This document shows positions 31,593-40,500 of a DNA stretch of 64,000 nucleotides, piece by piece. Origin of the DNA: an uncultured bacterium (GTDB taxonomy: Bacteria; Krumholzibacteriota; Krumholzibacteriia; LZORAL124-64-63). The notes beneath the pieces are model-generated. The model was not told the DNA's origin. It saw only the letters and a program-made list of their open reading frames with translations, and searched no databases. A program made the translations under genes and the position numbers. Position 1 is the stretch's first letter; the number at the start of each line of letters is the position of its first letter. The stretch spans positions 64,001 through 128,000 of the forward strand of contig CAVSZB010000006.1 of assembly GCA_963732385.1 (NCBI GenBank), written 5' to 3'.

Positions 31593-33395
31593 ATGTCGGG
31601 CGCTGACCTCGCGGATCGCGGCCCCGGTCCGGCCCCTCCATCCCGCCGCACCAGTCTCGGCCGGTTGCTGCGCTATCTGAAGCCGCACTGGCGTCGGCAG
31701 GTCGTCACGCTGGGCTTCCTGGTCTCCGGAACTGGCGTCTCGCTGCTGGTCCCGCTGCTGATCAGGCGGATCGTGGACGTGGCGCTGCCCGCGCGGGACG
31801 GGGCGCAGCTCCTGCAACTCGTGGGCATGATGGCGGGCATCCATCTGCTGTCCGCCCTGCTGCTGCTCGCCACCGATTACTACTTCCTGCGCGTGAGCAA
31901 CGCCATCGTGCTCGATCTGCGACGCGACATGCACGACCACCTGCTGCGTCTGTCGCTCGATTATTTCGAGGGGAACAAGGCCGGCCAGACGATGGCGCGG
32001 ATCATGGGCGACGTGGACTCCGTGCAGATGCTGACCACGAACGCCTTCCTGATGCTGCTCACCGACTGCTTCTCCGTCCTGCTGATGCTGGGATTCATGC
32101 TGTACCTGAGCTGGCCCCTGACGCTGGTGAGCCTGGTGACGCTCGCGTTGCTGGTGTTGATCACGCGGATCTTCAGCCATCGTGTGCTGGCGTCGGCGCG
32201 GCTGAACCGCGAGAAGTACGCGGCGATTTCCGAGGACCTGCAGGAGACGATCGCGGGCGTGAAGGAGATCAAGGTGTTCGCGCGCGAACCGCTGCGCAGC
32301 GCGTTCTTCGCCGGGCGCCTGGCGGAATTCGCCCGGGCGAGCATCCGGCTCGGGATGTGGGGCTCGGCGTCCCGGCTGCTGAGCGTGCTCGTGATTTCGG
32401 TCGGTCCCGTGCTCGTCTATTACTACGGCGGCCGGAGCGTGATCGGTGGCACGGCCACCATCGGCCTGCTCGTGGCCTTCGTCATCTACCTCGAGCGGAT
32501 GTACGAGTCGCTGCATCGCCTCTCGTACCTGAACATCCAGGTCCAGTCGGCGCTGGGGGCGGTGGAGAGGATCTTCTCGCTGCTGGACGCGCCGCCGACC
32601 GTCCTGGATTCGCCGACCGCGACGGACCTGCCCGCTCCGCGGGGCGAGATCGAGCTGCAGGGAGTGACCTTCCGGTACGTCCCGGACCGGCCGCCCGCCC
32701 TGAAGGACGCCAGCCTGCGCGTGTGCGCGGGCGAACGGGTGGCTCTCGTGGGACGCAGCGGTTCGGGCAAGAGCACGGTGGCCAATCTCGTCTGCCGCTT
32801 CCACGACGCGCAGGAGGGGCGCGTCCTGCTGGACGGGCGGGATGTGCGTAACCTGCGCCTGGCCGATCTGCGCGCGGTGATCGGCATCGTGCCGCAGGAG
32901 GCGTTCTTCTTCCATGCCAGCGTCGCCGAGAATCTGCGCTTCGCCCGGCCGGAGGCGACGCAGGCGGAGCTCGAGGCCGCCACGCGCCAGGCCGACGCCC
33001 ACGATTTCATTCTCGCCATGCCTGCCGGCTACGACACGATCATCGGCGAGCGCGGCAGCCGGCTCAGCGGGGGACAGCGCCAGCGTCTCGCCATAGCGCG
33101 CGTCCTGCTGCGGGACCCCCGGATCGTGATCCTCGACGAAGCCACCTCCGCACTGGACGCCGAGACCGAACGGCAGGTCAGGGTGGCGATGGGGCGCCTC
33201 GCGCTCGGCCGTACCACCCTCGTCATCTCGCACCGTCTCTCCACCGTCGCCGACGCCGACCGGATCCTCGTGCTGGACGATGGCGAGATCGTCGAGGCGG
33301 GCGATCATCGCACCCTGATGGCGCAGGGAGGCGTGTACAGGCGGCTCTGCGATCAGCAGGCGCAGGGGCAAGCCGTCGTCGGCGAAGATTCCTGA
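31593..33395 (+). CDS. ABC exporter, fused TMD-NBD (MsbA/MdlB-like; no peptidase domain)
   Basis: Six TM helices, GRSGSGKST, LSGGQRQRLAIAR, ILDEATSALD. Confidence 0.95.
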   Translation: MSGADLADRGPGPAPPSRRTSLGRLLRYLKPHWRRQVVTLGFLVSGTGVSLLVPLLIRRIVDVALPARDGAQLLQLVGMMAGIHLLSALLLLATDYYFLRVSNAIVLDLRRDMHDHLLRLSLDYFEGNKAGQTMARIMGDVDSVQMLTTNAFLMLLTDCFSVLLMLGFMLYLSWPLTLVSLVTLALLVLITRIFSHRVLASARLNREKYAAISEDLQETIAGVKEIKVFAREPLRSAFFAGRLAEFARASIRLGMWGSASRLLSVLVISVGPVLVYYYGGRSVIGGTATIGLLVAFVIYLERMYESLHRLSYLNIQVQSALGAVERIFSLLDAPPTVLDSPTATDLPAPRGEIELQGVTFRYVPDRPPALKDASLRVCAGERVALVGRSGSGKSTVANLVCRFHDAQEGRVLLDGRDVRNLRLADLRAVIGIVPQEAFFFHASVAENLRFARPEATQAELEAATRQADAHDFILAMPAGYDTIIGERGSRLSGGQRQRLAIARVLLRDPRIVILDEATSALDAETERQVRVAMGRLALGRTTLVISHRLSTVADADRILVLDDGEIVEAGDHRTLMAQGGVYRRLCDQQAQGQAVVGEDS

Positions 33396-33413
33396 CGAAT
33401 GGCGAACCGGCGG

Positions 33414-34448
33414 CTACGTCTTCAGCGCGGTGCGATACAGGCAGAGCGGGACGGCAGCCCTGATGTCGCCGGTGTAGGCCAGCGCCGAGCCGCGGCAGCC
33501 GCCGCGGCAGTTGGGGTAGTTCTCGCAGCGGAGGCAGCGCCCGGCGATCTCGTCGCGCGCGAAATCAGCCATGACCGGCATGGCGGGGTCGGACCAGAGA
33601 TCGGCGATGCGCGTCTGGCGGGTGTTGCCGACCAGAAAGTCCGGGTGGACCAGGGCTGTGCACGGGTAGACGTCGCCGTTGGCCCGCAGATAGAGAGTGC
33701 GCGTCCCCGCGCTGCACTTGTGGAAGCCGAAATCCGGTGGCACAGGACCGAACCCGACGTCGAAGGAAATCAGGATGGACGGATCTTTTTGAGCCTGCTG
33801 GATGAAGGCGAGCAGGTCGGTCGCCTCCTCGGCGATGAGCAGACGCTGTCTGATCTGTTCCTGCTGGCCGCGGCCGGCCGGCGTGAAGCAGGAGAACCTG
33901 ATACTGTCCACCCCCTCCCGTTTGCCCAGCGCGATCAGTTCGCCTGCGTCCGCAAGGTTTTCACGGCCCACCACGGAGGCCATGATCACGCGGGCGCCCT
34001 GGCTCTTCGCCGCGCGAATGCCCTGCAGGACAGCCTGGAACTCCGCGTCGCTCGCACCGCGGATACGCCGGTTCAACTCCGGCGTGGAGCCGTCGAGGCT
34101 GACCTGGATGGTGCGGCAGCCGGCCTGGATCAGGCCTCGCGTCCGTTCGGGATCGAGCAGCACGCCGTTGGTCGTGATCGTGGAGTGGATCCCCTGCGCC
34201 CAGGCGTGCGCCGCCAGTTCCTCCAGGTCGCGCCGCAGGAGCGGCTCGCCGCCTGTCCAGCTGATCGTCCCGGCCCCCAGAGCGGCCAGGTCGTCGATGA
34301 GCCCTCGGCACTCGTCGGTGCCCATCTCGTCGCGCGGACGTTCAGCGGTGGCGCTGTAGCAGTGGACGCAGCGCAGGTTGCACAGGTTGGTGATTTCCCA
34401 GCCGACGATTTCCGGCTTTTGCGAACGGACGGCCTCGGGATCTGACAT
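33414..34448 (-). CDS. Radical SAM/SPASM enzyme (PqqE/MftC/NirJ-like branch)
   Basis: CNLRCVHC, TGGEPL, SLDG, SPASM motifs CSAG...GDVYPC...CLRCENYPNCRGGC...C. Confidence 0.9.
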   Translation of the reverse strand: MSDPEAVRSQKPEIVGWEITNLCNLRCVHCYSATAERPRDEMGTDECRGLIDDLAALGAGTISWTGGEPLLRRDLEELAAHAWAQGIHSTITTNGVLLDPERTRGLIQAGCRTIQVSLDGSTPELNRRIRGASDAEFQAVLQGIRAAKSQGARVIMASVVGRENLADAGELIALGKREGVDSIRFSCFTPAGRGQQEQIRQRLLIAEEATDLLAFIQQAQKDPSILISFDVGFGPVPPDFGFHKCSAGTRTLYLRANGDVYPCTALVHPDFLVGNTRQTRIADLWSDPAMPVMADFARDEIAGRCLRCENYPNCRGGCRGSALAYTGDIRAAVPLCLYRTALKT

Positions 34449-34484
34449 GTCAGGTTCCTCGTCTGCGCGGGGTGATGGGCGCGG

Positions 34485-35810
34485 CTATGTCTGTGCGGTC
34501 ATGGTTGCGCGGTAGGCGAGTTCCAGCATGTCCCCGAGATTGTACTTCCAGGGGGGGCACACGCCCTGGCTCGCGTCCGGCTGGGCCAGTCCCCGGGCCG
34601 GGCAGCCGCCCATGCAGACCGGAGCGTGGGCGCAGGAGCGGCAGCCGCTCAACGCCAGAGGTTGCCAGGCTTGGTAAGCCTCGCAGTTCGCCTGTTGCGC
34701 GGCGCTCAGCGTCTCGGAGAAGACGCTGCCGATCGACCGGTCGGCGTCCAGGGACAGCTCCTCCCAGCACTTGAACAGGTATCCATTGGGTCCCACGGAA
34801 TAGTAGCCGTCGGCGATGGCGCCGCACATCCCGCCAGATGCGATTTGGGGACGGTCGATCTTTTCGATGCCATTGGCCGCGAGTTGCCCGTACAGCCGCA
34901 CCAGGATGCGGGCGAATTCTGCGTTGTCATGGCAGCGGTCACGGATGTCGGCGCAGACCGCCCCGGACGGGAAGATTGGCGCGAAGGTCACCCTGACCTT
35001 GTCGAGCACGCCGCGCTCCTGCAGAACGGTCACGGCCGCCGGTGCGCAATCCACGTTGTCCTTGTCGATGTTGATGCGCACGTCGATGTCCAGGATCCCG
35101 GCCGCCGCACAGAGATTGTCGATGATGCGCGCGAACGTTCCCTGCCCGTTGTGCAGCTTGCGACGCCGGTCATGCATCTCCTGGGAGCCGTCGAGCGTGA
35201 TCTGGGCGCGCGTGATCCCCAACTCGCGCAGGCGCTGCGCCATGGCGACATCCAGCAGATATCCGTTCGTGATGATCTGGCCGGGATGCAGGTGCACCTG
35301 GTGTTTCTCGGCCAGTTCGAGGAACCGTTGCTGCAGCCTTTCGATCAGGGGGAAGCAGAGCGTCGGCTCACCGCCGAACCAGCAGAGGCGCAGGCCGTCG
35401 GCCCGGTACAGATGGCGATCGGTGAACGCCAGGAGCGCGGTCTGGGTCTCGTCGCTCATGCGGACGCTGGACCGGGATTCGAAGCAGTAGTCGCAGCCGA
35501 AGTTGCAGGCCAGCGTGGGCGCGATCGTCAGCGTGAGGACGGACCCCTCCAGCCTGTCCGTGCGGGCCCTCATTTCCAGGGCCGTTCGCTGATCGACTGC
35601 GTCCGGGATGAGAAAGCCGCCGTCGCGCAGGCACTGGAAATATTCCGCGGCCTGGCCCGCAAACGTCGCGTTGGGATTCGCCAGCACGTCCTGCACGAGC
35701 GGATGATTCTCGCCCTCGATTTCGGCGATGGCTCCCGAATAGGAGTTGTAGCCGAGCACGATCCGGCCATCGAGGATCGGAAAGAAGAAATTGAAGGGGG
35801 ACGGTTTCAT
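34485..35810 (-). CDS. Radical SAM/SPASM peptide maturase (Clo7bot / Cys-rich-peptide maturase-like)
   Basis: N-terminal MKPSPFNFFF...YNSYSGA (RRE-like domain of about 90 aa), TIAPTLACNFGCDYCFE, WFGGEP, QITLDG, KCW, CRSCAHAPVCMGGCP. Confidence 0.9.
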   Translation of the reverse strand: MKPSPFNFFFPILDGRIVLGYNSYSGAIAEIEGENHPLVQDVLANPNATFAGQAAEYFQCLRDGGFLIPDAVDQRTALEMRARTDRLEGSVLTLTIAPTLACNFGCDYCFESRSSVRMSDETQTALLAFTDRHLYRADGLRLCWFGGEPTLCFPLIERLQQRFLELAEKHQVHLHPGQIITNGYLLDVAMAQRLRELGITRAQITLDGSQEMHDRRRKLHNGQGTFARIIDNLCAAAGILDIDVRINIDKDNVDCAPAAVTVLQERGVLDKVRVTFAPIFPSGAVCADIRDRCHDNAEFARILVRLYGQLAANGIEKIDRPQIASGGMCGAIADGYYSVGPNGYLFKCWEELSLDADRSIGSVFSETLSAAQQANCEAYQAWQPLALSGCRSCAHAPVCMGGCPARGLAQPDASQGVCPPWKYNLGDMLELAYRATMTAQT

Positions 35811-35862
35811 GCTTTCCTCTGCGGAAGTGAAGCCGGCAGGCCGGCCGCAGGCGACAACAAAG

Positions 35863-35899
35863 ACCCGTGCGCCAACCGGCACGCGGTCGGCGCACGGGT
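35863..35899 (-). terminator. Stem-loop between the precursor and the maturase (attenuator/stabiliser)
   Basis: ACCCGTGCGCC/GGCGCACGGGT perfect 11-bp stem with further pairing inside; followed by CTTTGTT on the minus strand. Confidence 0.7.
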
Positions 35900-35919
35900 G
35901 AACGGCGGGCTACCGCATC

Positions 35920-36018
35920 CTAACGGTAGGTCCCGCAGAGAATCCGCAGCGGCGACTTGTACGTGCAGGGCATCGGCTTGGACACGAGGCCAAAGCCAGG
36001 CAGCGAGATGAGCTTCAT
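35920..36018 (-). CDS. Putative RiPP precursor peptide, 32 aa (MKLISLPGFGLVSKPMPCTYKSPLRILCGTYR)
   Basis: Manual translation; AAGGAG 8 nt before ATG; co-oriented directly upstream of the maturase; MKxIxxP leader-like start; two Cys. Confidence 0.7.
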   Translation of the reverse strand: MKLISLPGFGLVSKPMPCTYKSPLRILCGTYR

Positions 36019-36314
36019 TGCATGGTCTCCTTTTCGCGGAAGTGAAATGTTGTGGCGGACGAACGCGCGGCCTATTGGCAGCCGCCGTCCATCCTGCCCC
36101 TGCTGCGCGCGTGCCTTCGTCCCGAGCCGCCAGGATACGGATCATGGGACAAAAATAATCAGGAAACGACACACGCGGAGTCCTGATTTCTTCATTAAGT
36201 AATATTGTATTTTCCCTTCCGATTGACTGTCAATATCAAAACTTGTCGGTTCATTCCCGGGGCCTTGCTTCGGATGTGCGCAAGAGCGGCCCCGGCATAT
36301 CTGGAGGCATCGCC

Positions 36315-36425
36315 ATGACACATCGCTCCGGAACTGTCGGTATCCTGATCCTGGCGCTGGTCGGCGCGTTGATCGCGCTGGCGGTGCTGACGACGAGTCG
36401 AGCGGGGCGGGCCGGAATATGCTAG
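36315..36425 (+). CDS. Putative small single-TM protein, 36 aa
   Basis: GGAGG SD then MTHRSGTVGILILALVGALIALAVLTTSRAGRAGIC*. Confidence 0.4.
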   Translation: MTHRSGTVGILILALVGALIALAVLTTSRAGRAGIC

Positions 36426-36616
36426 AATCGATGCTCCTCGCACGAGGGCCTGGCCGGAGCCGGAGGGGCGTCGCCCCGCCCGCGCACCGGAGTCTGGCCC
36501 ATCAACGCTGACCTGATCCTCGCGCTTTCACCTGCCGGCGTGCGGCGGGGGCTGCCCGGTCGTGGTCCCGACGGGCGGCCGCTGCCGTGGGCGCCGGCGT
36601 CACCAGGGGGATCCCG

Positions 36617-37423
36617 ATGAGACGAACCTGCCGGTTCACCGCCGCCGTCTGGCCGCTGCTGATCACCATCCTGCTGCTCGCCCCGGGCTGCAGCTCCGAT
36701 CGTCCGCTCGATCCGGCCGCAGCGCTGCCGGCGGCCGACGGGAGCTCCACGACGTTGTCGGCGACTCCGGTCGTACCCGTCGATACCCTGACGTTCGTCG
36801 AGACCTTCGACAACAAGAGCAACGTGGGGGACTGGTCCTACTTCACGACCCACGATGCGACCATCGAGATGGACGGCGGCAATCCGGGCTGGTACCTGCA
36901 CGATGACTCCGTCGTCTCGTTCGCCCCCCATCCCGGATCCGGTCTGGGCGTGACCTCGGTCTTTGCCGGGAACTACCGGGAGCAGCGGGTCCTCAGCGTG
37001 GGCATCGACCTGCGGAGCTTCGATTACGACCTGAACGTCTCGTCCCGCTATCTCACGCTCCTGGTGATGAATGATGGCGGCACGCCCGACGACGCGAGCG
37101 ATGACCGGGGGGCGTACTTCATCGGTCCCGTCAAGGTTCCGTCGAAGTATGTGGAGATGAAGTCCGGCGCCGACAAGAACGCGGCCGGCTGGGTCTCCTA
37201 CGCATTCGAGATCGCGTCGCAGTCCAACGCGTATCCGGCGGGGTGGACGGCGTTCAGCTATGCCACCGGGGCCTCGGCCAAGTCGCGCGATTCCTGGCGA
37301 CAGCTGATGGAGAGCGTTTCCTACATCCAGTTCTGGTACGGCGATCCGACGCAGTACTACCTCCTGGACAGCTATGACCTGGGGCTGGACAACCCCCGGA
37401 TCAGCCGGGAAGTGGCCAGGTAA
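36617..37423 (+). CDS. Hypothetical lipoprotein
   Basis: Signal peptide with lipobox LAPGC; globular aromatic-rich domain (ETFD...GGNPGWYL...LGLDNPRI). Confidence 0.75.
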   Translation: MRRTCRFTAAVWPLLITILLLAPGCSSDRPLDPAAALPAADGSSTTLSATPVVPVDTLTFVETFDNKSNVGDWSYFTTHDATIEMDGGNPGWYLHDDSVVSFAPHPGSGLGVTSVFAGNYREQRVLSVGIDLRSFDYDLNVSSRYLTLLVMNDGGTPDDASDDRGAYFIGPVKVPSKYVEMKSGADKNAAGWVSYAFEIASQSNAYPAGWTAFSYATGASAKSRDSWRQLMESVSYIQFWYGDPTQYYLLDSYDLGLDNPRISREVAR

Positions 37424-37503
37424 GCTGATCGACATCGCCCGGCGCGACTTCGCCGACCCCGCCGGCGGCTGCTGGCTGACCGCCGCCGCTCTGACCGGCC
37501 GCG
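37423..37503 (+). pseudogene. Scrambled duplicate of an internal yyaL segment
   Basis: 37423-37489 matches 30650-30716 (2 mismatches) and 37482-37503 matches 30805-30826 (1 mismatch), joined at a GCCGCCGC microhomology. Confidence 0.85.
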
Positions 37504-37547
37504 GCGGCCCCATCCGGAGCCGCCGCCGTCTCTTTGACCGGCCGGGC

Positions 37548-40500
37548 CTATTGCGGCCGCTTCACCCGCACCGGGTCTGCCGGCTGCGGCAGGATCTTCA
37601 CCTCCTGCGTCGGCAGGAGGTCGAGGGCGGCCTTCACGGCGGCCTCGAGCTGCGCGTCACGGCCGGCGGCCGCGTGCTGCGGGGTCTGTTCCACCTCGAG
37701 GTCGGGCGGGATTCCCTGGCCCTCGACCGCCCAGTTCCCGTCGGTGTCGTAGAAGCCGCCGCGCGGGGCGGTCATGAAGCCGCCGTCGACGAGATCGGGC
37801 ACATCCCAGATGCCGACGAGACCGCCCCAGGTCCGCGTGCCGACGAGCGGCCCGAGGCCCAGCTTGCGGAACATGTACGGCAACATGTCGCCGCCGGAGC
37901 CGGCCATCTCGTTGATGATCATCACCTTGGGGCCCCAGATGGCGGCATTGGGTGCGGTGAAGGGCTGCTGCGCGCCCACGGGGTTGCTGAAGAAGCCGAG
38001 CAGGCGGCGTCCCATGACGTCCACCATGTAGTCCGCGATCGAGCCGCCGTGGTTGAAGCGCTCGTCGATGATGGCGCCCTGCTTGTCCTGCTGCGCGAAG
38101 TAGTAACGGGTGAAATTCGTGTAGCCGCCCTCGCCGGTGTCGGGCACCCAGACGTAGGCCAGCCGGCCGCCCGACAGCTCGTCCACCCTGCGGCGGTTGC
38201 CCTCGATCCAGGCGCGCTGGCGCAGCGCCGTCTCGCTGGCCACCGGCACCACGGTCACCTGGCGGGCGTCCTTGTGTTCGGGCTTCGCGTTGAGCGTGAG
38301 GACGGTCTGGCGGTCAGCGGTGCGGTCGAAGAGGCTGTACACGCTCACGGCGGACGTGAGCTCGACCCCGTTGACGGCCAGCAGGTAGTCGCCCTCGCGC
38401 GCGTCGATGCCCGGGCCGCTCAGCGGGGCGCGCAGCTGCGGGTTCCAGTTCTCGCCGGCGTAGATCCGGCGGAAGCGGAAGCGGCCGTTGGCCACCTCGA
38501 AGTCGCAGCCGAGCAGGCCGACCGGCACCTTTTCGACCTCCGGCTCGTCGCCGCCGCCGGTGAACGAGTGGCCGATGCAGGTCTCGCCGCCCAGGATGTC
38601 GAGCAGGTAGGTGAGGTCGGCGCGGTGCCGCACGCTGTCCACCCACGGCGCGTAGGCGCGCCAGGCCCAGTCCAGGTCGAGGCCGTGGACGTTCTTCACG
38701 TAGAAGTAGTCGCGCTGGAAGCGCCACGCCTCGCGGAAAATCTGCTTCCACTCGGCCGCCGGGTCCACCTTGAGGCGCAGGCCGGCCAGGTTGAGCGCGC
38801 CTTCACCCGGCTTCGGCTCGCCGGAGGCGTCGGCGAGGCAGTACTTCTTGCCGTCGGGGCTGTAGAGCAGCTTCTTGCCGTCGGCCGAGAGCCGGAAGCC
38901 CGTCACGCCCTCGATCAGCTGCTTCGCCTCGCGCTTCTTCAGGTCGTAGCGGTGCAGCGTCAGCCCCTCCTGATTGGGCACCTCCTCCGTATAGAATAAG
39001 AATCCCGCCTCGCCCGCCGTCAGATCGGCGAAACGGCGCGCAGGCACGTCGAGGGCGACGATGCGCTGGTCGAGGCCGTCGAAGTCGATCCTCACCCTGA
39101 CCGGTTCCGCAGCTTTGGCGTCCTCGCCGTCGTTCCCGTCGCCCTTCCTGTCGTGCTTCGCCGCGTCCTTCTTTCCGTCCTTCCCGTCCTTCGCCTGGTC
39201 GGAGGCCGGTTCCTCATCGTCGCTCTCGGGCTTCAGGGGCGATGGCTCGTCCTTCGCCAGCACGGCGAGGTAGATCGAGCGGTTCAACGGCTGGTTGAAG
39301 GAGCTCATGTCGAGCCAGCCGACGTTCAGGCCGTAGTCGGTGCTGGCCAAAAACGCCAGGTATTTGCCGGAGGCGTCCCACGCGGGGTGGAGCGCGTCGG
39401 AGAGGCCGTCGGTGATGCGCGTGGACCGGCCGCTGTCGAGAGAGTGGACGAAGACCGCGTTGAACTGGTTGGGCAGGCGGCGGCTGTAGGCGAGCCAGCG
39501 CGAATCGGGCGACCAGGCCGGGGCGATGAACCGGTCGGGCGGTGCGAAACCCTCGTCGTCGATGCGCGTCAGCTTGCCGGTGGCGACCTCCACGAACCAC
39601 AGCGCGCGGTTGGCGTCGCCGAAGGCGAGGCAGCGTGAATCCGGCGACCAGCGCGGCGTATAGAAGAATGTCGGGTCGGGGATCGGGATGACCCGCTTCC
39701 CGTTGCCGAACTGGTCGGCGATCACCAGCTGGTACTCGCCGCCCGCGTCCGAGAACCACGATACCGAGCGGCCATCGGGCGACCACGCGGGGGCGCGGTC
39801 GGCCGCCCCGGGATCGGCCGAGAGGTTGCGCGCGTCGCCCTTCTCGGCGGGCACGGTGAAGATCTCGCCGCGCGCCTCGAACACGGCCCGCTTGCCCGCG
39901 GGGGAAAGGGCGAAGTCGGTGATCAGCTTGGCGGCGTCGACCCAGTGCGGCCGTGCCCAGGGGAAGTCGCCGTGCAGCGTCACCGGCAGCCGGCGCGGTT
40001 CTGAGCCTGCGGCGTCGAGCGCGTAGAGCCAGCCGCCGTTCTCGAACACGAGGCGGCCGGCGCCCGCCGCGAGGCGCTTGCAATCGAACTCCTTGAAGTG
40101 CGTTCGCTGCCGCAGCTCCTGCGTGACGGTGTCGTACGACCAGACGTTGTTGGCGAAGTCACGGTCGCTCAGGAAGAAGACCGTATCGCCGAGCCAGGCG
40201 GGCGAAACGTCGTTGCTCCCCTCCCAGGGCAGCTTCGTCACCGCGAGCGACGCGAGATCGACGATGCGGATCGGCTGGGCCTGCCCGCCGCGGTAGTTGC
40301 GCCATTCCGTCTCCCAGGGGGAGACCATCCGGTAGGCGATGCGGCCGCCGTCGGGCGCGTAGGCCCCCTCGGAAACGCGCGGGATCGGCAGCGGCTCGGG
40401 CAGGCCGCCCCCCTCGAGCGCGACCGTCCACAGCTTCGGCTCCGGCCGGGGCACGCAGTCCCGGCCCGAGGCGAAGAGGACGCGCCTGCCGTCCACGGTC

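Noticed and set aside
33414..35810. Reading the rSAM pair as heme (Ahb/NirJ), PQQ, mycofactocin or anaerobic sulfatase maturation genes
   Set aside because: No ahb/nir, pqq, mft or sulfatase partners nearby; the upstream peptide, hairpin and exporter fit a RiPP better
39100..39230. Short repeats in the tricorn gene (KDGKDGKKD)
   Set aside because: Ordinary low-complexity charged linker typical of tricorn homologs
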